Of a DNA stretch of 64,000 bases, positions 63,701-64,000 are shown piece by piece. This stretch comes from Camelus dromedarius (taxonomy: Eukaryota). The first letter of the stretch is position 1. Each line of letters begins with the position of its first letter. The DNA is taken from assembly GCF_036321535.1 (NCBI RefSeq), contig NC_087436.1:32614001-32678000 (forward strand), in the 5' to 3' direction. The position numbers and the translations under genes are program-made. A model generated the notes under the pieces. The model saw only the letters and a list, made by a program, of their open reading frames with translations, was not told the origin of the DNA and searched no databases.

Positions 63701-64000
63701 GTGAACGACAAGTTCATAACCCTTAGTTATGAACCCTTAGAACTCCTTCTAGAAGCCTTCTATCTTCTTCCTTGTTCTCTCATGTCCCTTCACATCCCTG
63801 CTGCCTCTGTTTATGCTAAGTCCCCAATATTTCTCTCCCAAACCTGCCTCTCTGTCTCTTACTTTTTCTTGGTCTTCTCTTTTTGCCTTTCCAGTTTTTC
63901 CTCTCTTTCTCAAAATCTGGGAATTTCTGGCAAAACTGAACTCATTTTAATGGGTCAAAGTGGTAGGGAAGCTAGCGGACCAAGACAAGACACTTTTTAG

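Noticed and set aside
1..64000. CRISPR array, operon or other prokaryotic/viral system
   Set aside because: No regularly spaced repeats and no gene-dense ORF structure; the window is mammalian repeat-rich non-coding DNA throughout

Overview
AT-rich, CpG-poor mammalian non-coding DNA (intergenic or deep intronic), most likely from a camelid: it has three copies of a tRNA-Ala-derived SINE resembling camelid Vic-1, plus young artiodactyl-type L1 3' ends. I found no intact protein-coding gene, functional RNA gene or CRISPR array. The listed ORFs are L1/LTR debris or chance ORFs. Much of the window is interspersed repeats: L1s of several ages (including a ~6.3 kb full-length but dead L1MA-type element at 23410-29665), L2, MIR, MaLR/ERVL/ERV1 solo LTRs, and hAT and Tc-mariner MITEs. 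The best unexpected finding is a ~360 bp antisense fragment of SSB (La autoantigen) mRNA (C-terminal codons plus 3'UTR) inside ORF2 of the full-length L1, with no poly(A) tail or clear target-site duplication (TSD). Several other inserts also lack the hallmarks of normal L1 target-primed insertion (TPRT). There is also an L1 collapsed to its 5' and 3' ends, and two 33-53 bp L1-tail micro-insertions with TSDs. I see no evidence for a new multi-gene biological system. Repeat family names are from recalled consensus sequences, not a database search, and boundaries of old repeats are approximate.
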